Counted from the stretch's first letter, positions 20,335 through 30,286 are shown. The stretch: 46,866 bases of DNA from Chloroflexota bacterium (GCA_027623195.1 JAQBUT010000024.1:1-46866), one strand, 5' to 3'. Notes: a model not told the origin generated them from the sequence alone. Made by a program: numbers and translations.

Positions 20335-20874
20335 ATGAACACCCTGCCCGACTACCTCCAACACGGCCTGGACATCGTGCTGATAGGGCTAAACCCCGGC
20401 CTTAATTCGGTAAAGGTCGGCCACTACTTTGCGTTCGCTAGGAATCGCTTCTGGCCTGCTGTAAATCGGTCTGGGCTGGTGCCTGAGGAGTTGGACGCAC
20501 AGGCCGACTTCAGGATGCTAGAGTTCGGCATAGGCTTTACGGATGTGGTGAAGCGGTCCACCTCCGGTTCATCCGACTTGAGGGCTGCGGACTTCAGGGA
20601 GTGGGCCCCGGTCCTCAAGGCAAAGCTGGAGAAGTATCAGCCAGCCATTGCGGCATTCCACGGGATAACGGCCTACGGCAACTACCTCAAGCACACGGAG
20701 GGCGTGACCGAAAAGCCAGCTTTAGGCCTCCAGGATCGGACCATTGGAACTTCCAAGGTGTTCCTGCTACCCAATCCCAGCCCGGCCAACGCCGTGTATT
20801 CGCTGGATGACCTGATTGGCTGGTACGTGGCTCTGCGTGAACTCAGAGACCACGCGAAGTCACCGGCTCGCTGA
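20335..20874 (+). CDS. mug: G/U mismatch-specific uracil-DNA glycosylase
   Basis: LPDYL, GLNPG, GHYFA..RNRFW, GIGFTDVV.R, LPNPSPAN. Confidence 0.88.
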   Translation: MNTLPDYLQHGLDIVLIGLNPGLNSVKVGHYFAFARNRFWPAVNRSGLVPEELDAQADFRMLEFGIGFTDVVKRSTSGSSDLRAADFREWAPVLKAKLEKYQPAIAAFHGITAYGNYLKHTEGVTEKPALGLQDRTIGTSKVFLLPNPSPANAVYSLDDLIGWYVALRELRDHAKSPAR

Positions 20875-20934
20875 TGTCAAAAGCCAACGTTGACACCAAA
20901 TTGCGGCAGGTCCTAAGCCGGAAAAGCCAATACG

Positions 20935-21537
20935 ATGGTTGAGAAGATACGTTCGTTCGTGGCCATTGAGCTACCTGACTCGGCGAAACGCGAGCTTGGC
21001 AAAATCATCGATGCCCTGTATGCCGCTGATATTCGCGGCATCAGACCGGTGCGCTCGAATGGCGTGCACCTGACGCTGAAGTTTTTAGGCGACATAGACG
21101 CGGACCGTGTGGACGCCATATCAGAGGCGCTTTCCCATGCTGCTTCACCACACTCGCCATTCGGACTGAAACTGGGTGAAGCCGGGGCCTTCCCCAATCT
21201 CGGTAAGCCTCAGGTGCTGTGGGTCGGCGTCCAAGGCGACCTGGAGGCGTTGGCCCGGCTGCAAACGGACGTGGAGGGTGCGCTGGCAACTGTGGGATTT
21301 GCCAAAGACAATCGCGGATACAATCCCCACCTCACGTTGGCGCGCGTTCGTAACGAGTCCCCGCCCTCCTCCAGCAAGCGGGCCACCGATGTTATGGCGA
21401 AAACACCCATACAAGAAGCAGTAGCTTTCCCGGTGAAGCATATAAGCCTTATGCGAACCACACTTCATCCCGATGGCGCAATCCACCAACGCCTGGTTTC
21501 CATTGCTCTAGAAGGCGGTTATCCTAGCCTTATATAG
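20935..21537 (+). CDS. thpR: RNA 2',3'-cyclic phosphodiesterase (2H phosphoesterase, LigT-like)
   Basis: R.FVAI, HLTLKFLGD, GAFP...P.VLWVG, PHLTLAR. Confidence 0.92.
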   Translation: MVEKIRSFVAIELPDSAKRELGKIIDALYAADIRGIRPVRSNGVHLTLKFLGDIDADRVDAISEALSHAASPHSPFGLKLGEAGAFPNLGKPQVLWVGVQGDLEALARLQTDVEGALATVGFAKDNRGYNPHLTLARVRNESPPSSSKRATDVMAKTPIQEAVAFPVKHISLMRTTLHPDGAIHQRLVSIALEGGYPSLI

Positions 21538-21619
21538 CCGGGGGTTGTTAAGGCTTTCGTGGGGATGCTATACTTGCGGCGCTTTTACCCCCAGGGTGGT
21601 GGAAAACGAGGAGGGATCC

Positions 21620-21832
21620 GTGGAACTGCAAGGTTGGCCGGAATGCCGCTCATGTTCAGAGGGAAGTTTGCTCCCGTTGTCTGACTTCGGAAGTCAAGGC
21701 GCGCCTATCCATTACAAAGCCTGGGTATGTAGCAGCCCTGAGTGTGGATTCAACATAAAGATCCGCAATGGCGATGTGTATTTGAACGAGCCCATTGCAA
21801 ATGGGGCTATGCACACACCTAGAGTCAGGTAG
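21620..21832 (+). CDS. Small Zn-ribbon hypothetical protein (70 aa)
   Basis: SD GAGGAGG before GTG 21620; CRSC...YKAWVCSSPECGF; extended -10 TGCTATACT upstream. Confidence 0.75.
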   Translation: MELQGWPECRSCSEGSLLPLSDFGSQGAPIHYKAWVCSSPECGFNIKIRNGDVYLNEPIANGAMHTPRVR

Positions 21833-22023
21833 TCTGCCTGGGAACATCGCGCAGGCACCTAGCCGCGTAAGATGAATCTACAGCGCCGCTATCTTCATCC
21901 AACATTTGGCATCCAATCAGGATGTACGGCCCAACAGGCTATTGATTCCATGGCGAGTCTCTGCCCATAATAAATGGGCGGTTGTCAGGAGGATGTTGAG
22001 TGAACCAGAAGGGCGCGAATACT

Positions 22024-22977
22024 ATGAAGCGGGGCTTGGGGCGTTTCACCGGGGCTGCGGGCATCGCAATGATCCTGGTGGGCCTTGTGCTTATGGGAGC
22101 GGTGGGCGCGTACTACGGCTATGGTAGTTACGCCCGTGACCAGCTGGATTCCCTCAACTACGCACCGGATGTAACGACACCACTCGTCCCCGTATCCACA
22201 GCGCCGCTGCCGAACTCTCCCGCGCCTTCTGCCGGAATGGCAAGTCAAGCCTCCATTCGCTCCACGACGCTCTTGCCATCAACCTCGGAATCGCTGGTAG
22301 ATCAGACACCAAACAGCTCAAGCAGCCCTAACCAGGCATCTTTCCCGGTATCCAGCTACGCATCAGTTTATCCAGGCACCGAGATTCACCCCAAGTTTTG
22401 GAACCAACCTATGTGGTCTGGCGGCGAACCATATTCCTACAACCCCAAAGTGACCGGGATCCAATTACCCGAAGGCTATCGCCCCATATCTGCGGCAAAC
22501 GACGTGCTAGTGCCCGGCAATGGTTCCAACACGACACGTATTTCAGTACCCAGCATTGGCATAGACTCCGATATAACTGAACTGCAAATCCTGGACCTTG
22601 GCAGCAGCAGGGAGTATGAGACTCCTAAAAACACCGTCGGTCACATACCCCAGTCCTCCAACCCAGGCGAGGCAGGCAATGCCTGGTTCTTTGGCCACCT
22701 GGAAAGCCCAATTAAAGGGGAAGGCAACGTGTTTCAGCGACTGCCGGATATCCCGGAGAAGCTACGAAACGGGGACGAGGTGCTGGTGGAGTTGGAGAAT
22801 GAGGAAGGCCACGTGTTCCTGTATCGCGTGACCCGCACCGACGTGGTGCATCAGGACGACATCTGGATTTACGAAAACCCTGGGGCTACACTAACGCTGG
22901 TGGCATGCGTTCCAAGGTTTGTGTACGACCACCGTATTCTTGTAACGGCAGAACTCATCGGAGTAGACGAGGGCTAA
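22024..22977 (+). CDS. Sortase-family transpeptidase
   Basis: N-terminal TM anchor, Ser/Pro linker, RISVPSIGID, GH.P.SSNPG..GN..FFGH (His), LTLVAC (Cys), HRILV (Arg). Confidence 0.88.
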   Translation: MKRGLGRFTGAAGIAMILVGLVLMGAVGAYYGYGSYARDQLDSLNYAPDVTTPLVPVSTAPLPNSPAPSAGMASQASIRSTTLLPSTSESLVDQTPNSSSSPNQASFPVSSYASVYPGTEIHPKFWNQPMWSGGEPYSYNPKVTGIQLPEGYRPISAANDVLVPGNGSNTTRISVPSIGIDSDITELQILDLGSSREYETPKNTVGHIPQSSNPGEAGNAWFFGHLESPIKGEGNVFQRLPDIPEKLRNGDEVLVELENEEGHVFLYRVTRTDVVHQDDIWIYENPGATLTLVACVPRFVYDHRILVTAELIGVDEG

Positions 22978-22997
22978 GGCCCATAATCCTTGGGCTA

Positions 22998-23894
22998 CTA
23001 TCCCCGCTTCGGGCCCGCAGGGGCCAGCACATCCCGCATCACCGACATGAAGTTCTGAGTCGGACTGGAAATGGTCTTGCCTCGCAAGGTAACGATGCCA
23101 GCCTGCTCCACAGGAAGCAGATTCGCCAGGCTAATGACACCCACCGTCTTTCGGTCCTCGGGCTCTATAGCCAGCCTTGGCCCTACTGAGATTCCCATTC
23201 CCAGGCCTACGTAGCGCTTGATCATATCCATGCTGTCCAGCTCTACGATGATGTCGTACTCCAGGCCCTTGCGACGGAACTCTTCCTCCAAGATGGCCCG
23301 GGTATACGTTCCCCTGCCCATTAGTATCAAGGGATACCGAGCGATCTGGTCAATGGAGCTTAGAGGTTCGCTAAGCAGGGGATGGTCCAGCGGCGTTATC
23401 AACACGCGCTCGTAAAGGAACAATCCTTGAAAGTCCAGACCCTCGCTCTTTTCGGGATGCTGCACCACACCAAGATCCACCTCACCATCCTGCACCATGT
23501 GAAGCACCTCTTCCCGTGTGCCCGAGCGAATCTTGAGGTGCACCTGCGGAAAGCGCGCCAGGAAGACGCGAACTACGCGAATGAGGGTATGGGGAATGAT
23601 GTCTGGTGTAGAGGCAATCCGGACCGGCCCTCGCTCCTCGGCCACCGTCGTCATTGCGGCCAACGAGTCTATGCCCTCTACCAGGGGCGTGGCTATGGCA
23701 GCCAGTCGATCCCCCGCCAGCGTTAGCTGGATGGGCCGCTTGACCCGGTCGAAAAGCACCATACCCAGCTCTTCTTCCAGTTTCTTTATATGGGTTGTCA
23801 CTGTTGGCTGGCCAAGCCCTAGCTCTTGCGCGGCTTTGGAAATGCTATGAATACGAGCCGCTGTGCAGAAGCTCCGAAGCTCTCTGAGTTCCAT
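22998..23894 (-). CDS. LysR-type transcriptional regulator
   Basis: HTH SISKAAQEL.LGQPTVT.HIKKLEEELG..LFDR...LT.AG; substrate domain IKRYVGLGMGIS. Confidence 0.95.
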   Translation of the reverse strand: MELRELRSFCTAARIHSISKAAQELGLGQPTVTTHIKKLEEELGMVLFDRVKRPIQLTLAGDRLAAIATPLVEGIDSLAAMTTVAEERGPVRIASTPDIIPHTLIRVVRVFLARFPQVHLKIRSGTREEVLHMVQDGEVDLGVVQHPEKSEGLDFQGLFLYERVLITPLDHPLLSEPLSSIDQIARYPLILMGRGTYTRAILEEEFRRKGLEYDIIVELDSMDMIKRYVGLGMGISVGPRLAIEPEDRKTVGVISLANLLPVEQAGIVTLRGKTISSPTQNFMSVMRDVLAPAGPKRG

Positions 23895-23917
23895 GTTAAT
23901 TTACCCAAAAGTGTTAC

Positions 23918-23983
23918 ATCACAAATACTAATACATTCTATCACACGATATATGTTTACATGATGCAAGACCGGATTAATAAT
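23918..23983 (+). promoter_or_regulatory. LTTR box(es) and sigma70-like promoter for the divergent small gene
   Basis: ATCACAAATACTAAT (T-N11-A) at 23918; a second ATCACA 22 nt later; -35 TTTACA (23955) and -10-like AATAAT (23978) spaced by 17 nt. Confidence 0.55.
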
Positions 23984-24061
23984 AAATATGTACCTGAAAT
24001 ACTGAAAGACATATCAGGAATCTTATCGGATAGTTATTAGTAAAAAGAAGAGAGGACGGGC

Positions 24062-24244
24062 ATGTTCCACAGGGTTTTTTCCACACTCAGGCACCTGAAC
24101 TATCGCAATCATCCTAGTTCAGGATTCGATTCCTACCTTGCCAACATCCAGCGTTACAACATGGTCGGCGGTCCTAGGATTGAAGAGGCTCGCAAGGATT
24201 TTAAACACACTGTCCACAACGAGACCACTGGCCTCCTAGGCTAA
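24062..24244 (+). CDS. Small hypothetical protein (60 aa) divergent from LysR
   Basis: Purine-rich SD (AGAGGA) before the ATG; the only ORF between the predicted promoter and terminator. Confidence 0.6.
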   Translation: MFHRVFSTLRHLNYRNHPSSGFDSYLANIQRYNMVGGPRIEEARKDFKHTVHNETTGLLG

Positions 24245-24343
24245 GCAGGTAAGCGAAAACTAAAGAACTGAAGCCGGCTCCACGTGGGCCGGTTTCGGCC
24301 ACAGGAAAATACGTTGGCCTTATGGCCGACGTGAGATGACGAC

Positions 24344-24380
24344 GAGGCACACCTTGCCCACAAAGGTGTGCCTCTTTTTT
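24344..24380 (+). terminator. Intrinsic terminator
   Basis: 12-bp perfect stem GAGGCACACCTT / AAGGTGTGCCTC, loop GCCCACA, followed by T6. Confidence 0.88.
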
Positions 24381-24551
24381 GTGCCTTCAGGTCAGAAACG
24401 GAACCTCAACTCTACCTTGTAGGCTTAATTCCAAGCGTGTTAATGTTAAATTGCCCGGCAATTTTAAAGAGTTATACCGACTAGACGTGGTTCATCCCAT
24501 CCACATGCAAAACGATTTAGTCATAACAATAGTCTAAATATAAGGGGCTTC

Positions 24552-25505
24552 ATGCTTAAATTCTTCCGCAGAAACGAAGAAAAAGATAGTGAGAAGACTG
24601 CGCAGGCGGTACAGAAGTCCCGCCAAACCTGGTTTGGCAAAATGGCAACGCTATTCAGTCGGACGGAACTGGACGCCGCCGCCTGGGACGAGCTAGAGGA
24701 GTTGCTGATCTCCGCAGACGTGGGAGTGGCAACGACGTTCAAGCTGCTGGAAACACTTCGGACCCGCATCGCCGAGGAGCGCCTAACCGACCCCACAGAG
24801 GTCATGGAAGCCCTCAAGGACGAGATGATCTACCTGGTAGACTTCGAGGACGCCGCCGAGACGCTGGAGGCACAGGAAAAGCCGCTGGTTATCCTCATGG
24901 TAGGCGTGAACGGAGTAGGCAAGACCACCAGCATCGCCAAGCTGACCCAGCTATACAAGGAATCCGGCAAAAGCGTCATACTTGGCGCAGCCGACACCTT
25001 CCGGGCAGCCGCCATTGAACAACTTCAGGTCTGGGCGGACCGCCTTGGCGTAGATTTGATAGCCCACCAGTCGGGAGCAGACCCCGGCGCGGTGGCCTTC
25101 GACACCATAAATGCTGCCATGGCCCGAGGCACCGACGTGGTCATAATCGACACAGCGGGCAGGCTTCACACCAAGTTCAACCTCATGGAAGAGCTAAAGA
25201 AGATCCAGCGAATCATGGAGCGTCAGGGCGTCGGCTCCCATCGGGTGCTGGTAACAATCGACGCCACCACGGGGCAGAACGGGCTAATCCAGGCCAAGGC
25301 CTTTACCGAGGCAGTGGAGTGCGAGGGCGTTTTCCTGGCCAAAGTGGACAGTTCCTCTAAAGGCGGTATCGTCTTCGGCATTGCCGACGAGCTTAATCTG
25401 CCCATCCTGTTCATCGGCACCGGCGAGCAGGCCGACGATGTGGCCCCCTTCCAGCCCCACGAATTCGTGGAAGGCCTGTTTTCGGATGTAATCAAAGGGC
25501 AGTAG
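24552..25505 (+). CDS. ftsY: SRP receptor FtsY
   Basis: LEELLISADVG, GVNGVGKTT, AADTFRAAA, DTAGR, DATTGQNG, KGG, FIGTGE. Confidence 0.97.
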   Translation: MLKFFRRNEEKDSEKTAQAVQKSRQTWFGKMATLFSRTELDAAAWDELEELLISADVGVATTFKLLETLRTRIAEERLTDPTEVMEALKDEMIYLVDFEDAAETLEAQEKPLVILMVGVNGVGKTTSIAKLTQLYKESGKSVILGAADTFRAAAIEQLQVWADRLGVDLIAHQSGADPGAVAFDTINAAMARGTDVVIIDTAGRLHTKFNLMEELKKIQRIMERQGVGSHRVLVTIDATTGQNGLIQAKAFTEAVECEGVFLAKVDSSSKGGIVFGIADELNLPILFIGTGEQADDVAPFQPHEFVEGLFSDVIKGQ

Positions 25506-25642
25506 CCCGCCGCAACCCTGATCGACTGACGCTGACGTACGGCGGCGGCTCTAGCACAGCCAGCCTTATCCGCCCCAAATAGCGGACAACGGGAACTAAT
25601 AAAGCATCCCGCTAGGCAGGGGAATACGTATATAATTTACGT

Positions 25643-27952
25643 ATGCTTGACGCGTTGTGGTGGCTTATCGCAGCCGAGGCCATGGGGCTTATTGCCTTTC
25701 CACTGGCCTACTTCCTGCTTCCCCGTCTCGCTGACAGGGGCTATACCCTCAGCAAGCCTTTAGGCATTCTGATTATCGGCTACCTGTCGTGGGTGCTTAG
25801 CGTCCTGCACATTCTCCCCAGTGTAAGAATTTCCCTTATAGGTCTGCTGATTGCCTTTGGCGCACTGTCAGGTTGGTACGCCTGGAACCACCGCCAGGAG
25901 CTAATCCAATTTGCCAAGAAGGAACGTCGCGCCATCATCATCGGCGAGGCCATTTTTCTCGCATTTCTAATAGGCTGGACAATCTACCGCAGCGTTGACC
26001 CTTACATTAACCATACCGAGCAGCCCATGGACTTCGCCCTCCTGAATGCGTCGATTCAGTCCACGTTCGGGCAGCCGGAGGACCCCTGGCTCCGGGGCGA
26101 GGCCATCAGCTACTACTACTTCGGTTACTGGATGATGGGCTCCCTCAGTCAGATCACAGGCCTGGCCTCGGCGGTCTCCTACAATCTGTCGTTAGCCCTG
26201 ATCCCCGCCATGGCTGCCATGGGAGTTTTCGGCCTGGGCTACAACATGATCAAGGCAGAGCGCATCCACTGGGGCTACGCAATTGCAGGAGGCGTCGGAG
26301 GGGCCGTTATGGTGGGGCTGGTGGCCAACCTGGAGGGCGTGCTTGAGTTCATGCGCTTCAATGCCATCGGGTCTCAGGGCTTTTGGGACTGGCTGGCCAT
26401 CGATGGTCTGGCGGGGCCAGCGACGGAGACCGCGACCAGTTGGATGCCCCAGGATTTCTGGTGGTGGTTCCGCGCAACCAGGGTGATAAACACCTTTCAG
26501 GATGGCGTGGGCATCGACTACACCATTCAAGAGTTCCCCATGTTCAGCTATGTGCTGGGGGATATGCATCCGCACGTTATGTCGATACCCTTTGCCGTCA
26601 TGTTCTTGGGCATCTGCCTGAACTTCCTCAGAACGCCCATTGTGGAGCGGGCATGGACGGAGCTACGAAGCTACGCTTTCATTCTCGTCACCGCGCTGGT
26701 CCTGGGCGGTCTGGCCTTCACCAACATGTGGGATTTGCCGACCTACGGGGGGCTGTTCATTGCTGCGGCTGCCTTCAGGATCTTTCGTGAAAAGAACGGA
26801 AGCTTCAAAAGCATGGCAGTATACGCCGGACCTACCGTTCTGGCGGTCTTCATATTAGTTTACGTCTTGTATGCACCTTACTTCCTGAACTTCCAGGCCG
26901 GAGTTAATGGCCTCGGCGCAGTCGAAACCACCACCAGAGGCGTTCATCTTTTCGTCATATGGGGCCTGTTCCTGGTAGCGGTGGTTCCGTTTATGCTGGC
27001 TACCCTCTGGCAAACAACCGTGCGGGAGGACTGGCGCAGGCTGTCGGCCATAGCCCTGAGCATCGCCTTCGTACCCTGGCTGCTTTGGGCGGCCCTCTTT
27101 ACGCAGGGCGAGGGTGGAATGGGCGACCTTATAGGCCGCTTCTTCCACGTTCTTCCCTTCTCAGTGCTTATCACCATAGGCGTATACAACACCATCTGGT
27201 TGGCCCGCGACAACACCCAAACAGGGAAGCTTTTCGCCATGGCGCTGGCCACCACTGGGCTACTGCTTATCATGGGGCCGGAACTACTGTTCATCAGAGA
27301 CTTCTTCGAATCCCGCATGAACAGTATTTTCAAGCTCTACTACCAGGCATGGCTGCTACTAGCCGTGGCCTCCGGCTTCGCAATTTACCAGTGGCAATAC
27401 CTTAGAATATCCTTAATGGGCTGGCGCCGCTCCCTGACAACGCTCTGGGCCGTAGCGTTCATAGCGCTGTTGGCCGGCTCGCTGTATTACTCGCCGGCAG
27501 CGATAGCTTCCAAGAGCGAGCTTAGCCTTCAAAACGCCACTTTGGACGGCCTCAAGTTCACCAGCAGCGCAGAGTACGAGGCCATCGCGTATCTGCGGAC
27601 CAATGCCGAGTCCGGCTCAGGAATCGTGGAGGGCGTTGGCGAGTGGTTCGACTGGGCCCTGATATCACGCAGCACCGGCTTGCCCACCGTGTTCAACTGG
27701 CCGGGTCACCAGATTCAGTGGCGGGGCACCGACGAGAAGTTCGCAGGCCGCGAAGCCGACGTAGCCCGCATCTACGAGAGCCTCGACGCTTCGGAGACGC
27801 AGAACCTTCTGAACCGGTACGACGTAGATTACGTGTACGTGAGCCTCCGCGAGCGTGACAAGTATGGAACGGAAGGCCTTGAGAAGTTTTCTTCTTTTAT
27901 GGACACAGTCTTCCAGCAGGACGACGTAATAATTTACCGAATGAGGGAATAG
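25643..27952 (+). CDS. DUF2298 / Chlor_Arch_YYY polytopic membrane protein (GT-C-like glycosyltransferase candidate)
   Basis: TEQPMD, DPW..G..ISYYYFG (YYY motif), IQEFP.FS..LGDMHPH, TNMWD, RMNSIFKLYYQAW, TGLPTV.NWPGH..QWRG; many TM helices. Confidence 0.88.
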   Translation: MLDALWWLIAAEAMGLIAFPLAYFLLPRLADRGYTLSKPLGILIIGYLSWVLSVLHILPSVRISLIGLLIAFGALSGWYAWNHRQELIQFAKKERRAIIIGEAIFLAFLIGWTIYRSVDPYINHTEQPMDFALLNASIQSTFGQPEDPWLRGEAISYYYFGYWMMGSLSQITGLASAVSYNLSLALIPAMAAMGVFGLGYNMIKAERIHWGYAIAGGVGGAVMVGLVANLEGVLEFMRFNAIGSQGFWDWLAIDGLAGPATETATSWMPQDFWWWFRATRVINTFQDGVGIDYTIQEFPMFSYVLGDMHPHVMSIPFAVMFLGICLNFLRTPIVERAWTELRSYAFILVTALVLGGLAFTNMWDLPTYGGLFIAAAAFRIFREKNGSFKSMAVYAGPTVLAVFILVYVLYAPYFLNFQAGVNGLGAVETTTRGVHLFVIWGLFLVAVVPFMLATLWQTTVREDWRRLSAIALSIAFVPWLLWAALFTQGEGGMGDLIGRFFHVLPFSVLITIGVYNTIWLARDNTQTGKLFAMALATTGLLLIMGPELLFIRDFFESRMNSIFKLYYQAWLLLAVASGFAIYQWQYLRISLMGWRRSLTTLWAVAFIALLAGSLYYSPAAIASKSELSLQNATLDGLKFTSSAEYEAIAYLRTNAESGSGIVEGVGEWFDWALISRSTGLPTVFNWPGHQIQWRGTDEKFAGREADVARIYESLDASETQNLLNRYDVDYVYVSLRERDKYGTEGLEKFSSFMDTVFQQDDVIIYRMRE

Positions 27953-28024
27953 CCAAGGCGAATTTTCATATGCAGCGTTTAATGCAACGCTCATGAAATC
28001 CAGAATCGCATTGGCTTTTATGAA

Positions 28025-30286
28025 ATGGCGACAGAACAGCAAACAGAGATGATCGAGTCACCACCCGCCCTTTCGGGAGGCGTAGTTGGCTGGCTACGAG
28101 ACCTATTCTGGGTCCGCGCGGCCGGGACCGACGCTGACGAATCCAGCGAAGGCATAAGTCCAGGCGAATGGGTCTCGTATGGGCTACTGATTCTGGTGGC
28201 CGCCGTCATGCGCCTGTGGGACCTGGGTTCCCGCGCTCTACACCACGACGAAAGCCTGCATTCCTATTTTTCGTGGGAGCTTTTCGACGGCAGAGGCTTC
28301 GTACATAACCCGATGATGCACGGGCCGCTTCAGTTCGAGGCCAACGCAGCCATTTTCTTTGCCCTCGGCGACAGCGATTACACCTCAAGACTTCTATACG
28401 CGGTAATGGGAACCATCCTGGTGGTCATACCAATACTTTTCCGAAAGCGCCTGGGAAAGCTTGGGGCGCTGCTGGTATCCGCGATGCTGGTATTCTCTCC
28501 GGCAATGTTGTATTTCAGCCGCTTCGCCCGCAACGACATTCTCATGGCGGTGTGGACACTGGGCCTGGTTGTGTGCATGTGGCGCTACATAGACGAGGGC
28601 AAAAATCGGTACGTATATGCTGCGGCTGGCCTACTGGCGTTGGCCTTTACTACCAAGGAAACGTCCTATCTGATCACCGTCATTCTTGGCATGTTCCTCT
28701 TCGTAATAGCCACCCCGGAACACTGGCGAAAAGTAAGGGACGCGCTGGAAGTTACAGTTGGGGAGACATCGCCGCCCTCGGCGCTTTGGCAGCTCGGCAC
28801 GGGTATCTGGGGATACATTTCACATGGGATGCGACTGTCTGAGTTCGGCAGAGCTGCGTCCTTCCTACTAGTTCTCATTACTTTGACGCTGCCCCAATGG
28901 TCTGCGGCGGTCAGCATATTTCAGAACACGCCCCTACTCAGCTGGTCCAACCTGACGCTGGCAAATCCAGATACCGCCAATCCTATCGGAGCGGCGTCCG
29001 GAGGCGGACTGGTGATAGCCTTTGGCGTAGTCGTTGCCATGCTCGCCATCTCCGTGTTCATAGGATTTCAATGGCGATGGGGAGTTTGGTGGCGCAGCGC
29101 CGTTATCTTCTACGCAATTTGGGCGCTCCTCTACAGCACATTCTTCACCAATCTCGACGGCATAGGGTCCGGCGTCTGGCAGGGGTTAGGTTACTGGATA
29201 GCCCAGCAAGATGTCGCCCGCGGAAATCAGCCGTGGTACTACTACCTGGTCATTACACCCGTTTACGAGTTCTTGCCACTCCTGTTCGGGCTCATAGCTG
29301 CCGTTTACTACACCAGACGCAAAGATGTCTTCGGGCGATTCCTGGCGTACTGGGTGGTGGCAACGTTAATTCTGTACACAATAGCCAGCGAAAAAATGCC
29401 GTGGCTACTTGTAAACATTAGCCTGCCGCTCATCGTTATCTCCGGGAAGTTCCTTGGAGAGACGATTCCACGCATTCAATGGCGAAAAACAATTCCCGCG
29501 TTATGGATTTCCCTATTAATCGGAGTCCCTCTGACCTTCGTCTTGCTTTGGCGTCTGGCCCTCTTCGGAGTAGGTGATAACGCCGATTCCGGCCTACCAC
29601 TGCTGGCCGGGTTATCGACGGTCATATTGCTACTGCTAGGTGGCGGCGTATTCATGGCCTATCGTGTCGGCAGAGCCAACTTTTTGGCGTTCTCAACTAT
29701 TCCTGTTTTCCTTCTCCTAATGGCCTTCTCCATCAGGACCGGTTGGACGGCCAGTTTTAAGAACGGTGACACTCCATTGGAGATGATCGTTTACACGCAG
29801 ACATCGCCGGACGTTACCCAGCTTATGCGTGAAATTCAGGCAGCTGGCGCGGCATCCGGAGAGCAGCTAGACATGTCGATAACGATAGACCAGACCAGCG
29901 GATTCACATGGCCGTGGGCCTGGTATCTCCGCGACTACACGCAGGTCAATTACCCATCGTACGAAAGTGGGGAGCTGGAAGAAGCCCCGGATTCGCCCGT
30001 GGTAGTAGTTCACTCCAACAATCAGGCGGGCGTCCACGACACACTAACGCCTATGTACGAGAATGCCGAGTTAATCAAGCACAGGTGGTGGTTCCCCGAA
30101 AGCACCTACAGGGACGTTACGGTGAAGAAGTTCTTCAAAGCCGTGGTCGATCGGGAGTCCTGGAGAAGGGTCATGGACTACTGGCTGTACAGGAAAGGCG
30201 TGAGCGACCGAATCGGCAGCGAAGATGCCTATCTGTACGTGCAACCCGATTTCCCCAGGACGCCCAGCCCAAACGATGGCTCGTAA
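28025..30286 (+). CDS. TIGR03663 / Agl23-like GT-C (PMT_2-like) membrane glycosyltransferase
   Basis: LWDLGSRALHHDES.H, P.MHGP, SP..LYFSRFARND, TKE, EKMPWL, VYTQTS, WPWAWYLRDY. Confidence 0.85.
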   Translation: MATEQQTEMIESPPALSGGVVGWLRDLFWVRAAGTDADESSEGISPGEWVSYGLLILVAAVMRLWDLGSRALHHDESLHSYFSWELFDGRGFVHNPMMHGPLQFEANAAIFFALGDSDYTSRLLYAVMGTILVVIPILFRKRLGKLGALLVSAMLVFSPAMLYFSRFARNDILMAVWTLGLVVCMWRYIDEGKNRYVYAAAGLLALAFTTKETSYLITVILGMFLFVIATPEHWRKVRDALEVTVGETSPPSALWQLGTGIWGYISHGMRLSEFGRAASFLLVLITLTLPQWSAAVSIFQNTPLLSWSNLTLANPDTANPIGAASGGGLVIAFGVVVAMLAISVFIGFQWRWGVWWRSAVIFYAIWALLYSTFFTNLDGIGSGVWQGLGYWIAQQDVARGNQPWYYYLVITPVYEFLPLLFGLIAAVYYTRRKDVFGRFLAYWVVATLILYTIASEKMPWLLVNISLPLIVISGKFLGETIPRIQWRKTIPALWISLLIGVPLTFVLLWRLALFGVGDNADSGLPLLAGLSTVILLLLGGGVFMAYRVGRANFLAFSTIPVFLLLMAFSIRTGWTASFKNGDTPLEMIVYTQTSPDVTQLMREIQAAGAASGEQLDMSITIDQTSGFTWPWAWYLRDYTQVNYPSYESGELEEAPDSPVVVVHSNNQAGVHDTLTPMYENAELIKHRWWFPESTYRDVTVKKFFKAVVDRESWRRVMDYWLYRKGVSDRIGSEDAYLYVQPDFPRTPSPNDGS

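Noticed and set aside
19795..20364. 189-aa minus-strand ORF
   Set aside because: Antisense to the SDR, a common artefact for SDR genes.
24381..24550. SRP RNA (ffs) expected near ftsY
   Set aside because: No TCAGG..GGAA..AGCAGC domain IV motif is present.
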